Source: Vermamoeba vermiformis (lineage: Eukaryota). From it: a DNA stretch of 64,000 nt. Numbering within the stretch: position 1 is the first letter of the stretch; the number at the start of each line of letters is the position of its first letter. The stretch is taken from contig JBEWZL010000083.1 of NCBI GenBank assembly GCA_045837725.1, positions 124,001 through 188,000 of the forward strand, in the 5' to 3' direction. Position numbers and translations under genes: made by a program. Below, piece after piece: positions 30,088 to 44,020 of this stretch. Under the pieces are notes generated by a model. That model was not told the origin of the DNA and did no database searches. It saw only the letters and a program-made list of their open reading frames with translations.

Positions 30088-30722
30088 TAGTATTTATTTT
30101 ATATCAATGAATCACGACGCCTATATGAGTTGGTGGCTTAAGCACGGACAGTATTCGTTTTTGTCTTCCACCGCCGACTTGAACGGGCGAGGACCCCCGA
30201 GATTCTAATATTTAAAGTAATTATTTTCATTTATGAGGTCAATGCCCGTAAAAACGGGAAGCCAAAAACAACAAAAACGTCGATCTCGCTCTATTCGTTA
30301 TCAAACGCTAAATGAACACCACAAATCACCTCTATGACATATATTTAAATATATTAGCATATTGTGGTCGGTTTGTCGCGATCAAAAGCCCTTAGATCGG
30401 GTGATACGCGAAGTACACCTGGCAGAGATGCGGAGCTGTGCATGTACCCTTTGTGCACAACAGCGTCACCTGTCTAGTACTTTCTTCCTGATGAGTTGAA
30501 TCAACTCCGCTGTGGTTGTCAGTGGCAATAAACTTGGTTTATCATTTAAGCAATAATATAACCAGCAATAATTGAAATACGGCATGTGAGTAAAATTTCT
30601 GCTCTCGCATGACTTTTAAGGTATTTGCGCGCCGTTTTTTGAAATTTCATTATTTTTTCACACGAAAGACGGAGACCACACGTCGATAAAACTTATAGTA
30701 GTATATTTATTACGGCCATTAA

Positions 30723-33234
30723 ATGGATGATCGGCCCAATCAGGTAAGCCATCAGTCACCGAGATCGTGAAAATTTTTGTTGGGATCTGCTCTTTACCAA
30801 TTAATTAATGCTCAAATTGGTTTTAAAATTACACGTAAAATATGTATAAATATTTATTTGCATTATGCAGGTCGACGATACAGTGCGCACCACACCGCTG
30901 CCGATCACACCGCGCCAAGTGCACTCCATCCACACCGCGGGCCCTGCAGCAATGTTCGCGCAGTTCAGAGCCACAAATAGCAACAAGACCCACACTGCCT
31001 CACCCGTGAAGACGCGGCACGGTCGTTCAAAAAGCTTGACTGAAGGTGGCGCGAAGAGTGACTTCTTCCTGTCTGATACGCGCAGTAATAATAACTCCAC
31101 TCTAGACTCGGAGGCAGATCCGTCACCCGCTCCACCGCTCGAACAACACACCCTCGCAGTCGCGACACCTGACACCCTCACGCCGAGCACCTCACCGCGC
31201 GGCATGGTCGTGCGCGTGCCACCAAACACTCCTGCACGATCTCCGGGCCAAGAACTGCGATCACGTGTGCTCGAACTCGAACAAGAGTCACGTGATCTGA
31301 CTGACAGGTGCGAGGCTCTCAAGCGCGAGAATGAGGTGCGTGACACTAGTGACTGCTTTATATACGAGATATATTAACAATAAGCTTCTGTTGTGCAGCG
31401 ACTCAATGCCGAGCTCATGTCACGTGACAATCTCAGCGAATCAGAAGCGGAACAACTCATTCAAAACCTTGCATTCATGACCACCAAATTGACCGCCAAA
31501 GAAGAGGACGTGCGCGCGCTAAATATAGAACTGAAAGATAAGGAGAAGCTACTGACTGAACTGACCAATGAGGTAAGTGATAGAGTGCTGTCACGTGATT
31601 GGTGTACTGACTTGTGTTTGACACCTGTCAGCTCGCACCGTACACCAGTGTCACTGAACTCAAGTCACGTGTCACTGAATTGGAAAAGAATTCAAAAGAA
31701 TTGGAAAGCTCATTGCAAGAGGTATGTTGACAGCGGAATTATTCCCAGTGTGCCGTGTCATTGACATATTTGCAGGCACGGAGCACACTCGACTTTATCC
31801 AGAAGGAAGCTAAGGCCGCAGATGACACGGCATCAACGCTGTGCAATCAACTAAAGGAGCGTGACAGCGCAGTGACTGGTCTGCAGGCGCAAGTGACCAA
31901 TCTCGAGCAGGAGGTTGAGCGGTTGCGGGCACTGGCGCAGGGGATGGACACGGTGCAAGAGGAGAAGGAATCTTTGCAGAAACAACTGCAAACACATCGC
32001 GAACGGGTGGAGCAGTTAGAACGAGAGCGCGAAAGTGCGACCAGTGAACTGACCAATCAGAACACAGCACTGCACAATCGCGTGACAGATTTGGAAAGTG
32101 AACTGACACAACTGCGCGCAGACCTGTCACGTGCCGAGAGTGCAGCTCAGACAGCGCGGACCGAGAGTGCGGCACAACAGAGTGACGCGACGGAACAACA
32201 CCGCGCACTGCACCAGCAATACGACACACTGCTGCACGAGGTCAAAGAGCTCCGAATGACTGCTGCGGACTTGGAAGAGCTGCGCAAAGAAGTGACGCGC
32301 AAAGACGTGCAGTTGACACGTGTCAAAAACAAGAACGCAGCGCTGGAGGACGAGAAGTTGAAGCTGCACGATCAGTTGAAGATCAGCGAGGTCAGTGTGG
32401 AGCGGTTGACTGAGCAGTTGACGCGCGGTGACAAGAGTGTCCGAGAGCGCGTGACACAGCTCGAACAGGAACTAAAGCACGTGACTGCTGAGCACGAGCG
32501 CGTCACTGAACAGCTGGCCAATCAGCGTGCTCAACACGAGCGTGACTTGCAAGCACGTGATCAGCAGCGCACAGCACTCGCACAACAACTGCAGCACGAG
32601 CAGAGCAGTGCAGCCACACTGCGCGAGGAGACACAGCGCAAGACACAAGAGCACAGTCAGCGCGTCAGTCAACTCACCGCGCAAGTCACCGAGCTCACCA
32701 AGGCACGTGATGCGTTCAGAGAGTCGGCGAAGAAATTAGAACAACAATTGGACAGTGCGCAGAAGAGTGCCAGCAGTGCCGCGGAGAAATACAGCAGTGA
32801 ACTGACAGCCCTGCGCGATGAACTGCACCGTGCTGGCACTAGTCTGCAGCAGTACGAGAGTGCGAGCAACAAACAGCAGGGTATGTGTAGTGATGGTAGT
32901 ATTATCTGGTGTTGATATCAATACTGACTGTTGTTAATTAGCTGCAATCGTACCTCCGCACACAGACATGATTGCGGCACTCAAAACACGAGCAGATCTG
33001 ATGAAAAATCACGTGACCAAGCTCCAGTACGTGCTAGTGATGCCTGTATATCAATTGACGACTTACACATATCTATTTAGAACCAAGTCTGCTGTACCCG
33101 CCAAGGCATCACTGACCTCCGTCCTGGTCACTGTGCTATTAATAGCTCTCGCGCTAGTTCTCGGCCTGGCCGTCGTGTCACGTGATCAGTACCACAAATT
33201 GGTGCTCTATGCACAACGGTACTTGCCTAAATAG
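30723..33234 (+). CDS. Long coiled-coil tail-anchored protein (golgin-like)
   Basis: ATG at 30723 then GTAAGC intron; more than 450 aa of heptads; C-terminal TM LTSVLVTVLLIALALVLGLAVV. Confidence 0.75.
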
Positions 33235-33387
33235 GCAAATTTTGTTCATAATTCCCTTTTTTGTACAATAAAATGCTTCGTTCACTGTAGCTGGTCAACG
33301 ATTGGTCAAATGTCACGTGATTCAACGTGCGAAATTGAATGGCGCGTTCAATGTCAGCAATCAACAGTGCATCATCAGTGGTATACA

Positions 33388-35538
33388 ATGCTGCAGCGAG
33401 TATATCGTCACGCACTAAATAAGGCTATTCGCACCAATCGGCGCTCAACCAGTGCTGTCTCTGCTGCACTGTTTAGTACGGATCCAGTAACGCTAAATTA
33501 ATTTCTGATTATTATTAAAAAATTGAATGCAGCTAATGCCAACTAAATGTTCAGTAATAGTGTCGCCGGAGTCGAAATTGACAATTAATTATTTTTTTTG
33601 GATCCAGGCAGATCACAGACCCGAAATATCACTGTTAATCTATCTGATAAGCGTAAGTATAATATCGACATTAAATATTTGTATTTATTTAACTCTCCGA
33701 TAAATTGTGAACTCACTTGGCGAACGGATCCAGCTCAAGAAGCAGCGGCAGATCAGCCCGCAGTGGTGTACATGTACACTGAAGAGGACGCAGAGAAACT
33801 ATCGAGTGTGTGGACCAAGGCTATCGCTACAGACTTCAAGGGCAAGAGTGAGTAGTGATCACGTAACCGAGTAATTGGATGTGGGCCACTAATAACGCCC
33901 TATTAGCTGGTCAAGTTCTGGTACATTACCCGACTGAAGGCAGCAATCTCTACCAGGGCTCTGACGCACAACACGGCCCCAAGAAGTAAGTGCACCCCCC
34001 CCTCCCCCCAGTCCCTCACTGATCACGTGCACAGACCACACCGCATCGTATTCGTTGGACTCGGCAAGCAGCGCGCAGTCACAGTGCCCTCTGTGCGCAA
34101 AGCTGTCGCACACGCCGTGGACAAGCTCAAAGCACTCAAAGTCACTGCTGCCACGCTCAGTGTGCCCAACCTCGCTGCCATCAACCAGGGCCAGGAACAG
34201 AAGGCAGTCAACCAGGGCCAGCCACAACACACAGCCCTGGTCGAGGTCCTCAGCACAATGGCCAACACCGCCGTGCTGGCAGACTACAGCTTCGACAAGT
34301 ACCTCACGCGCACTGACAACAAGAGCACGCCCCTCGCATCACTCACACTGCTCGCTGACACTTTGCCACCCAATGCCGCGCAGTTGGTGCGTGAGGCCGT
34401 GGTGATCGGTGAATGCACGAATTACGCACGTGACTTGGCCAATGAGCGCGCTGAAGTCGCAACACCGGCCTACTACGAGCAACAAGCGCGTCAACTGCAA
34501 GCCGAGTACGGTGCAGTGCTGGACATTGAAGTGCTGCAGTACGACGAGCTCCAGCAGCACGGACTCAATCTCATCGCGGCTGTCGGACAGGGTGCACCGG
34601 TGTTGCCGAGATTGGTGCTGCTCAAGTACCGCGGCAATCCTGACTCCACTGGTACGTACCGCACTCTGACACGTGTCACTCACTGACCTGTGCGCAGAGG
34701 AGATTGGTCTCGTCGGCAAGGGCATCACATTTGACACGGGAGGTCTCAATTTGAAGCCCACGAACTCGATTGAGGTACGGCCATTGGCACGTGTCACACT
34801 CGCATCTGCACGACTGACAGGTGTCACAGGATATGTACATGGACAATGCTGGTGCAGCAGCAGTGTTGGGCACGATGAAAGCTGCGGCCAAGTTGAATCT
34901 CAAAGTCAATCTGCGCGGCGTGCTGGCCCTGGCAGAGAATTCAATCGGTCCCAATGCGTACCGGCCAGGTGCCATCATCACCTCGGAGGGCGGTCCTTCA
35001 GTGGAGATACGCAACACTGACGCGGAGGGTCGTTTGGCCCTGGCTGATGCACTCAACTGGCTGCAGCGCAAGAACAGTCCGCACGTGATCGTAGACCTCG
35101 CGACGCTGACTGGAGCCTGTGTGATGGCACTCGGTGAATACGCCGCGGGACTGTTCAGCAACAGCACGGCACTCACGCAACAACTGCAACGCGCGGCTGA
35201 GCTGTCTGGCGAACGTGTGTGGCCGGTAAGTAGCTGGCACGGTGCTGCGACTAGTGGACAATACTCACCCCTGCACGTAGCTGCCGCTGTTCGAAGAGCA
35301 CAGTGCAGATCTGAAGGGCACGCAGTCGGACATTAAGAACATTGCCGTCAAGGGCCGCGGTGCTGGGGCCTCGTCTGGCGCAGCCTTCTTGAAGGAGTTC
35401 ATCAAGGACGGCGTGGAGTGGGCACACCTCGACATTGCGGGCACGGGTGCGAGTACGTTCAAGAAGGGCCACGTGCCTCAGGGTGGCACTGGATTCGGCG
35501 TGCATTTGTTGATTGAATGGCTCAAAACACGCGTGTGA
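33388..35538 (+). CDS. Leucyl aminopeptidase (M17), probably with a mitochondrial presequence
   Basis: VGKGITFDTGG, NTDAEGRL, DLATLTGAC and WAHLDIAG motifs. Confidence 0.92.
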
Positions 35539-35760
35539 GCACTGGGGCAGTAAATTGAATGCTAGCCACGCACTAGGGTGTTGATTTATATTTATATTTG
35601 TGTACTGGTCGAGTGTGCATTGTTTATCGGCACAACACCCAATTGACAACTGTCAAACACCGTCCTGCGTCTATTCAGTTGTGCGCGAGTGACTAGCAGA
35701 CCTCAAGAGTCACGTATTTATTGAGATTGCAATATTATCCAGAACTCTATTCACCACACT

Positions 35761-37437
35761 ATGCAGCGCAGAATATCATTGACATTTGTCTTGATCTGTT
35801 GGATCTGCCTCTCACATTCACAGGCTCTTAAAAGTATGATCGAGCGATACATGACACAATCATTCATAGGACTGAGCGACGATCATATTCAGCAATCAGT
35901 CCTTATTTAATAGGAATTTGACAGGATATTTATTAATATTTTATTTTCAATTTTCAGCTTTGAAATTTAGTTCTGTCACTGTTTCAGGTGTCTCAGCTGG
36001 AGGGTAAGTGTATCTTTATAGTACTAGAATTGCGAGTAATTGAATCAGTTCAATTCAATGTTCTGGATCTGATTTTTCAAGTGATAATTCCAACAATTTG
36101 AGAGTGAATCGAATCTTAGATACTAACAGCGATTAATTATGCAGGTACATGGCCGTGCAAGTAAGTCTATGCCACTCCTGTCCATAAGTACTGCAGTCAT
36201 ATTAACAGCGCGCAGATGAGTGTCGCACACAGCGCTACAATTAGCGGGGCAGGCATTATCGCAGCAGGGCCCTATTGGTGTACGTACTGGCACTATATAC
36301 ATCACACATATATGCACTATATAACGACCGTTAGGCGCGGAGAGTGATGTAGCCATTGCCCTGACTGCGTGCATGAACCAGTCCGAGCTGATCGACGTGG
36401 ATGTGCTCATCGCTGCCACTAGCTATGCTGAGACCTTGGCCAGCATCGATTGTACGTAATTGCCTAATTTGGTAATCGCAGTGCTCACAAGCTTTGCAGC
36501 CACCAGAAATTTGAAGTCGCAGCGCGTGTGGCTGTTCAGTGGCACGCAAGACACGGTCGTCATGTCAGGTATGCATGGCTCGCATTCACTGAACGGTGCA
36601 TTCACTGAACGGTGTATTGACTGACTCGTGCTGCAGGTGTGGTGCGCAAGTTGGAGCAATATTACCGCAATTACATCCCTGGCGCACAGATCGCGACGGA
36701 GTACGGTGTGAGTGCCGAACACGCGCTGATCACCGACCACTATGGCCGTGCTTGTGCCTATTTAGGCGATCCGTTCATCAACAACTGCAACTACGACGGT
36801 GCTGGCACCCTCTTGCAGTGGCTGCAGAAATCGCCGCTCAAATCTCGCGTCAATGCCACGCGAGCCAATGTACGACCGAGAGCTATTAATAGCACTGTTA
36901 CTGACCTCCGTTTGACAGGTGTACGTCATCAACCAGGGCGCGTACACTCCCTTCAATCTGGCCCCTAGCGACATCTCACTCGCTAACACGGCCTATGTCT
37001 ACGTGCCATCTGCCTGTCTCAATGCAGGTCAGTCCAAATATAGTCATGTCCATATATAGTCGTGTCTAAATATAGTACTCACCCCCCTCCGCAGAGTGCA
37101 AGCTGCACATCTCCTTCCACGGCTGCAAACAGTTCGCGGACAAGATTGGCACGCAGTACGTGTTGGACGGTGGCTTCAACGAGTGGGCCGAAGCGAATGG
37201 GTACGTCGTGCTCTATCCACAGACGGTGAAGAGCGACCTTGTGCCCTTCAATCCCGAGGGCTGCTTTGATTGGTGGGGCTACACGGGTACGTGAGCGAGG
37301 GGTGTAGGTAGGTGAATGGTGTACTAATAGAGCGGTTATGCATAGGTCCCGAGTACGCCACCAAATTGGGTCCGCAGCTGATTACCTTCAAGAACATGAT
37401 TGACGGACTGCAGATCGACCCGAACAATCACTTGTAA
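35761..37437 (+). CDS. Secreted poly(3-hydroxybutyrate) depolymerase-like esterase; many exons including a 16-nt microexon
   Basis: Signal peptide; VSGVSAGGYMAVQ nucleophile elbow near the N-terminus, FSGTQDTVV, AEH, LHISFHGCKQ, NEWAEAN..VLYPQ, NPEGCFDWWGY (circularly permuted fungal/bacterial type). Confidence 0.8.
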
Positions 37438-37707
37438 CACTCCTGCGGGCGTGTTTGTACAGCGCTATTAGTAAAACATTAATTCCAAGTACTACTAGAT
37501 GAACATTCATATGCAGTATTATCTCTCACCATGACCTCTTGTTCTCTGTAACCGCCGAGGTGTTCTTGATCTTACGAAATTTCGCTTGTTTTTTGTCTTT
37601 GTCTCTTTCCTGTCGGTGGAGGATTGAGCGGGAGCATGTCATTGAAGCCCAGTTGTTTTATATTGTATACATATCATATCATTCAATACACAACAAGTAG
37701 TATTAAA

Positions 37708-39240
37708 ATGTCTGAGACTATCCTCGTCACCGGTGGCACTGGATTCATTGGCTCGCATACCGTTATTGAGCTCTTGAACAGCAACTACAGAGTGGTGATT
37801 GTCGACAACTTTGTCAACTCTAGTCAGCGTGTATATGAACGCATTTGCGAGGTCTTATTCGGGTAAGTGGTAGTGGCGCACTTCTAGTGAATTAATTATT
37901 GCTGACGTCGCATTAACAACCATTCAAGCAAGGACGCAGAGCAAGACAAAATTAAGCAAAAATTATCCCTATACAATGTCAATCTGTTAGATCGTGCTGC
38001 ACTCGAAAATGTTTTCAAAAATCATTCTGATATTTCCGGCGTGATCCACTTTGCTGCACTCAAGGTACGCGATCAGATAGTGTATATGTGATTTATAATG
38101 CACTTGTAGGCTGTTGGCGAGTCAGTAGCCAAGCCCCTCGATTACTACACCAACAACATCACCGTAAGTCAGATCTGCACTTTCAGACTGTCCCTCCACC
38201 ACCAAGCCCCTCATATTCATATTCAATAGGGCACTCTCAATCTCCTCCACGTCATGCAGCAGTTCAATGTGCACAAGATCGTCTTCTCTTCTTCTGCCAC
38301 TGTCTACGGCGAGCCTAAAGTAAGTCACCATGGCCTATCATACAAATATAGAGACATATATATAATACCTATGAACAGTCGCTGCCCCTCAAAGAAGATC
38401 ACCCGCTCGCGCCCACCAATCCCTATGGCCAGACGAAGTTCATGGTCGAGCAAATTCTTCGCGATGTTGTACGTGTCTGTACTCGCTTAGTCTCTTATTA
38501 ATATCAAATATATAAGGTCGTATCTGCGCCAAACAAGTGGGGCGTGGTCTTGTTGCGCTACTTCAATCCCATCGGTGCGCATCCCTCTGGTCGTTTGGGC
38601 GAGGATCCTAACGGCATCCCCAACAACTTGGTGCCCTTCATTGCGCGCGTAGCTGTTGGCAAATTGCCCTCATTGAAGATATTTGGCAAGGACTACAACA
38701 CCGTTGATGGCACTGGTGTCCGCGACTACATCCACATTCTCGATCTCGTCAACGGTCACATTGCTGCACTGAAACGACTCAATCAAGTGCCACATGGTAC
38801 GCACAGCACATATATATCACAGCGCCTATTAACTCACTGCGCAGGCTGTCACACGTACAATCTCGGCACTGGCCACGGCTTTTCAGTGCTGCAAGTCATT
38901 CAGGCTTATGAGCGCGCCAGTGGCAGGTAGGACGGCTTTAAATACTTGCAAACACCTCATTGACACGTTGTTCATGAACAGAAAAATCCCGTACGAGGTT
39001 GCTGACCGACGTGCAGGAGATGTAGCCGAAGTTTACGCAGATGCATCGCTAGCTGAACGAGAACTGGGTTGGAAAGCTGTGCACGGCATTGATAAGGTAA
39101 GAATTAAATATAAATAGATTATAGGAGCGCTTTTTTTTGCGATCCACCACTTCATGAACGGCAATACTAATCTCTACTAGATGTGCGAGGACAGTTGGAG
39201 ATGGCAACATCAAAACCCTGAAGGCTTCAACTCTGTTTAA
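37708..39240 (+). CDS. GALE: UDP-glucose 4-epimerase
   Basis: [56 protein letters not shown]. Confidence 0.95.
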
Positions 39241-39491
39241 TATAACAATATATCCATATTATTCCTCGCACATTTTAGCTGGATCTGATCTCGATCCCGA
39301 TCTGGATCGTCTTTGCAAACTGCAGAACGGAGTTAAAAATCGAAATAAATTCCATTCTGCATCAATCATGCATACTACTGCACTGTACATTGATTTCGGA
39401 GTTCCGTTGTGCTCTCGGAGTGCGGTTAAGTCACGCGGAGTGTTTTGAACTCATTCGCGATCACAAAAAGATCAGAACAACACAGCTAGCC

Positions 39492-40810
39492 ATGGACGTC
39501 GAGAACGTGTCGGAATTGATTGATTATGTATATACCACTGAGGACTTCAACTTGAAGCCCTCTATGCAGGAATATCAGAAATTAAAGCGCATCATGAAGG
39601 TGATGGTCAGATTCTACCAGAAGGGCACTGACAGCAAGAAAGGTCAATTAGAAATCGCTACTGATGAGCGCACCAAGTTGATTGTGGACAAGAAGATGAT
39701 TGAAGAACAGATGGCAGCGATAGATCAATTCCCTCCGTTCCATCCCAAGCGTCAAGAATACGAAGGCCAATTAGAGCGCGAATTAGAAGCACTGATCGAA
39801 CAAGACAAGGTGTACGAAGAGCAAGAGAAGAACTTCACCAAGCTGCTCGAGTGGAGCAAGGGCGTCGTGCGCGCCGTGGAGTGGTTGGAACTGCGTCTGG
39901 AACAGTACTGCAACTCTCTCTTCGACGGTATGTGCATGATGTAATTTATGTAGTATTATGGCGATATAATCAGTGGTTATCGTGCTCCGATGTCAGATCG
40001 CACGACTGATCGTGTTTGTTTTTAGATCTCAACCTCGAACAGAACCCCATTAAGTTGACTGTTGATGAATACAAATTCTACAGCAAGTGCTTGGACGAAA
40101 TTACATACAACTTGCAAGAGAGTCAAGACTTTTTCAACGCGAGTGTGGATGGACGTTTGAAGATGTTCCACCAACTCGAGAAGTGCATGATTGAGGCGCA
40201 GTTGGAAGTTATCCGCAAGTACCCCGTCGACAATCTGCGTCGCAAGCACGTGGAGAGCAGAGCTGTTGAAGGACTTGGAGTACGTATCCGAGAACATGAA
40301 AGAGAATCCACAAGTGCTGAAACACCGCGAGAAGATGCGTCTGATGCACGTGGACTTCTTCAAGCTGTTGAAGTGGCAGCGCGAGATGATGACGCGCTTG
40401 CCCTTCGACTCGCCCGAGCTGTTTGTTGGCGGTGACTTGGAACAACTCAAGCACGAGCTCTCTGAAAAGGAGGGCAAGAAAGAGGGTACGTGTCACGTGA
40501 TGTTGACTAAATATGGCAATGTGCTGACCAAATATGGCAATCAGAATTCCAGTACGCGAATGGTCAGGGCCAGACTGACGGCCTGCACGTCAAGTACAGA
40601 GAGTTCACTGCGAGCCAACAGACGGAGGCGAGTGATGGCACCTGTCCCGTCAAGAGTTCAGTGAACGGCGCTGATTCAGTGAACGGCGTCAATTCAGTGA
40701 ACGAGGCGATGAATGGTTTGAACATGAACGAGTGTCCAGTGATGCACAAGAAGAGCGAGGACAAGGGCCAGTTCATTCACAAGGTGTACGATGAGAACGT
40801 CAAGATTTAA
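39492..40810 (+). CDS. Hypothetical helical protein with an internal two-fold repeat and two C-terminal CPV motifs; apparent +1 frameshift near 40256
   Basis: Three exons; frame change HVE/AELLKDLE; last exon ...GTCPVK...ECPVMHKK...NVKI*. Confidence 0.7.
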
Positions 40811-40964
40811 GCACTCGTGTGGTGTAGCATATATATATAGACCTATAATACGAGGTGTTACGCGCAGTTTTGTTAATTGAATGCGCATCTAAATTTTGAG
40901 CGAATAAAGTTATTTTGTGACATAACAATAGCGTACCACAACTCAGGATTATTTGCTTATATAA

Positions 40965-42538
40965 ATGGATGATAGCGACGATGATTCACTTATTATGGCA
41001 GGCATGCAGTCTGATAACTCAGATGCAGCTGGATCTGACGAAGAAGATTATTTTGAGTTCAACGGCGACTTGAGCAGTGACATTGCCCCCGACGTCGATG
41101 AGATGGAACTATGTAAGTGTATCGTAATTAATTACAAATTCGTTATTTATTTAAATATTTGAATTAATTTTGGCGGGATCAGTTTCATTTGACGAGGACG
41201 AAGACGATGATGATCTGATGAATACAGAGACTACAGATACCTCAAATAAATATCGCGAGGCGCGCAAAGCATTGTCGCCTTACATAGCAGTGAATGAGCT
41301 GCCAGGACGCGAAACAGAGCGCGATGAGATCTACAACATTGTGCGCGACCACCTCGACGATGAACTCGGCTGCTGCATATGTACGCGAGACTACTAGTGC
41401 GCTATATACCGTACTGACGACTGCAGATGTGAGTGGTGTGCCAGGCACGGGCAAGACAGCGACAGTGCGACACGTGGTGGCACAACTGCAGCGCGAGGTG
41501 AGTGCGCGCGAAGTGAAGGACTTTGTGTGGATCGAGATCAATGCCATGAAGCTCACCTCACCCAATATGGCCTACAGTGTGCTCTGGCAACGCCTCACCG
41601 ACCAGAAACAACAGCCCAAGAAGGCGCAAGATCTGCTCGACAAACGATTCAAACAGCGCGACACCAAGCGACCCATGTGGTACGTATGCGATATATATAT
41701 ATATATATACACCTTATATGCCAGTCACTAAATACGCGTCAGTGTGGTGCTGCTGGACGAGATCGATCAGCTGGTGACGCGCAATCAGCTGGTGCTGTAC
41801 AATCTGTTTGACTGGCCGCGCCGTGCCCACTCCAAGCTGATTGTGATCGGCATTGCCAACACGATGGACTTGCCTGAGCGACTGCTGCCCAAAGTGCACT
41901 CGCGCTTGGGTCTGCAAAGAGTGTCATTTGCAGCCTACAGCAGTGCGCAGCTCGAACAGATCGCGCGTCAGAGACTCGGGTCCTATGTGACGCTGTTCGA
42001 CACTGCCGCACTGCTCTTAGTCGCGCGCAAAGTCGCTGCCACCACTGCTGATGCGCGTCGTGCGCTCGAAGTGCTGCGCCGTGCACTCTTGTTGGCTGAG
42101 CGCGAGGCTGAAGCGCGGCCCAGTGCCAGTCCCGTGCTCGTGACAGCACGTGTCGTGGATGCTGCGCTGGGAGCTCTGCTGGCACGCGCGAAATGTCCCG
42201 CACTGCGCTCAGCACCGCGCCACGCACGACTGTTGGTGGCTACTGTCGCGCGACTGAGTGGCACAGTGACAGTCTCCGAGGTGCTGGAGAGATATTCCGC
42301 GCTGTGTCTCAAGTGGCAGGTGGCACCCCTCGGGCCCTCACAACTGCGTGCCGTGCTGTCCTCATTGGCGGCGTGTCGACTGGTCACGTGCGACCACGAC
42401 CGCGTGGTGCTGTGCATTGAACGGGTGCGTGTCCGTGCTCGCGCGTGACTGTACTAACATAGTTATTTTGTATTGTAGGACGACATGTTGTTTGCACTGA
42501 GCACTGATGACTTGGCGATGAAATTTCTCAACGAATGA
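40965..42538 (+). CDS. ORC1: Origin recognition complex subunit 1 (AAA+), short acidic N-terminus, no BAH domain
   Basis: LPGRE, YVSGVPGTGKTATV, EINAMKLT, LDEIDQLVTRNQLVLYNLFDWP, IANTMDLPER. Confidence 0.88.
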
Positions 42539-42614
42539 AGCACGCAGAATGAAATTCTTGCAAAGTATTGAATGTACAGAGAAGTGGATTGTAAATAAGC
42601 AAATTTATTGTATA

Positions 42615-42896
42615 TTACTGGATGTACGTGCCCTCCTTTTCACTGCGCATAGTTCGCCTCACATCTGCAGTGGTTTTGCTCTCAATGCCGTGCTTGATGT
42701 CTTGCAAGTCGTGCACCGTCTCTTGTTCAGGGCGAGGGACTGCTTTGAGAGTGTCGGGCATGTCTCTGTCTTCAATGTCTTGATTCTCTTTGCCGTGCAG
42801 ATAAGGTTCGAGCTTGTCTACGCGCACTCTGCTCAAATCTGGTGGATTGCCGCCGATTGTGCTCTCATTTGTATCGTAATCGAGTTTGTCTGACAT
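42615..42896 (-). CDS. Small hydrophilic hypothetical protein (93 aa)
   Basis: Single-exon ORF with an A/C-rich leader before the ATG and gene-like codon usage. Confidence 0.6.
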   Translation of the reverse strand: MSDKLDYDTNESTIGGNPPDLSRVRVDKLEPYLHGKENQDIEDRDMPDTLKAVPRPEQETVHDLQDIKHGIESKTTADVRRTMRSEKEGTYIQ

Positions 42897-43067
42897 GTCT
42901 TTGTTGTTTTTGTATTATTGATTACTGAAATAGACGAGAAACAAGCCTTAAATACTCCCGGAGCGAATTCTCAGCGCGATCCGATTGAAATTTGAACAAA
43001 ATTGAAGCCAAGCGTGAGTGATTATACATCTGTACACCTTTATTATATAGTAAATACATTTGCGATA

Positions 43068-44020
43068 TTACAGCACATCCCAGAGCTTCTCGAATGCAGT
43101 GCAGATCTTACCGCAGGCCACAGAGGCAGAGAGCGGATAAGACGAGAAACAAATCTTCTGATCGACGTAATCAAACACGTCTTCGCCCTTAGAATAGGCA
43201 CCCACCACAAATACGACTGGCTCGTCTTCGGGGAGCGTTTGAACGAAATTGAACAGATCGACCACTTCACCTGCATCAGTAGAGCCTGTTGGTATTATTA
43301 GTTATAAGTAATATATTGGTAGTAATATATTAATTACTCACCAATGCGGCGACAACCCACAGGCAGATGTGCAGTGACTGGATTCTTGACAATCTTCAAC
43401 AAAGTCTTGCTGCCCTCTTTCTCAGTGCTGCGAATCTTCATCTCATGTAGTAGTTGCACTATATATATATAATTGCCAGTGTTAGTCGAATGATTTAAAC
43501 TCAGATCCACCGCTCTGGATCGCGATCACCTACCCATGAGTCCAGCAAAGCGCTTAAATGTGCGTGGAATGCGTGTCTGTGGATTGAGTTCAATGAGCAC
43601 ATTCTTCTTGGTGTGTATATACACTTTTAATAGGCCTGCTTTGTTCAGCGGACTGTCCAGCAGTGTCAACAGGCACTGGATCCGGGTCAGAAATTAGTGT
43701 GCGTGCATATCACAAGATTATCATATGTGGTAGAGGAGAATATGGTCCATTACAGGCATTAAATTAATTAACTGATTTTTGTCGATCGGATCTGGATTCA
43801 AAAAAATAATTAATTTAATTACCTGGTGCGTGATGTCAGGTCTGGCTTCAGAAAAGTCCTTATTCATCTTCTTCATAAATGTAATGTGATCGTCGCAGTT
43901 CAATAGCTCGTGGCCCTTCTTGCCCTTCATAGTCTCCAAGAACGCGCCTTCTAAGATGACGATCAGTTGCTTCTTGCCGCCAGCGTGCTTCTCTGCCTTG
44001 TCGCGTGTGAGATTAGACAT
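43068..44020 (-). CDS. EMG1: 18S rRNA pseudouridine N1-methyltransferase Nep1/Emg1
   Basis: [57 protein letters not shown]. Confidence 0.95.

Noticed and set aside
30160-30200. tRNA T-arm-like GTTCAAGTC on the minus strand
   Set aside because: No D arm, anticodon arm or acceptor stem; kept only as a possible B box
30488-30506. CTGATGA followed by a small hairpin, like a hammerhead core
   Set aside because: The required GAAA and stems I/III are absent
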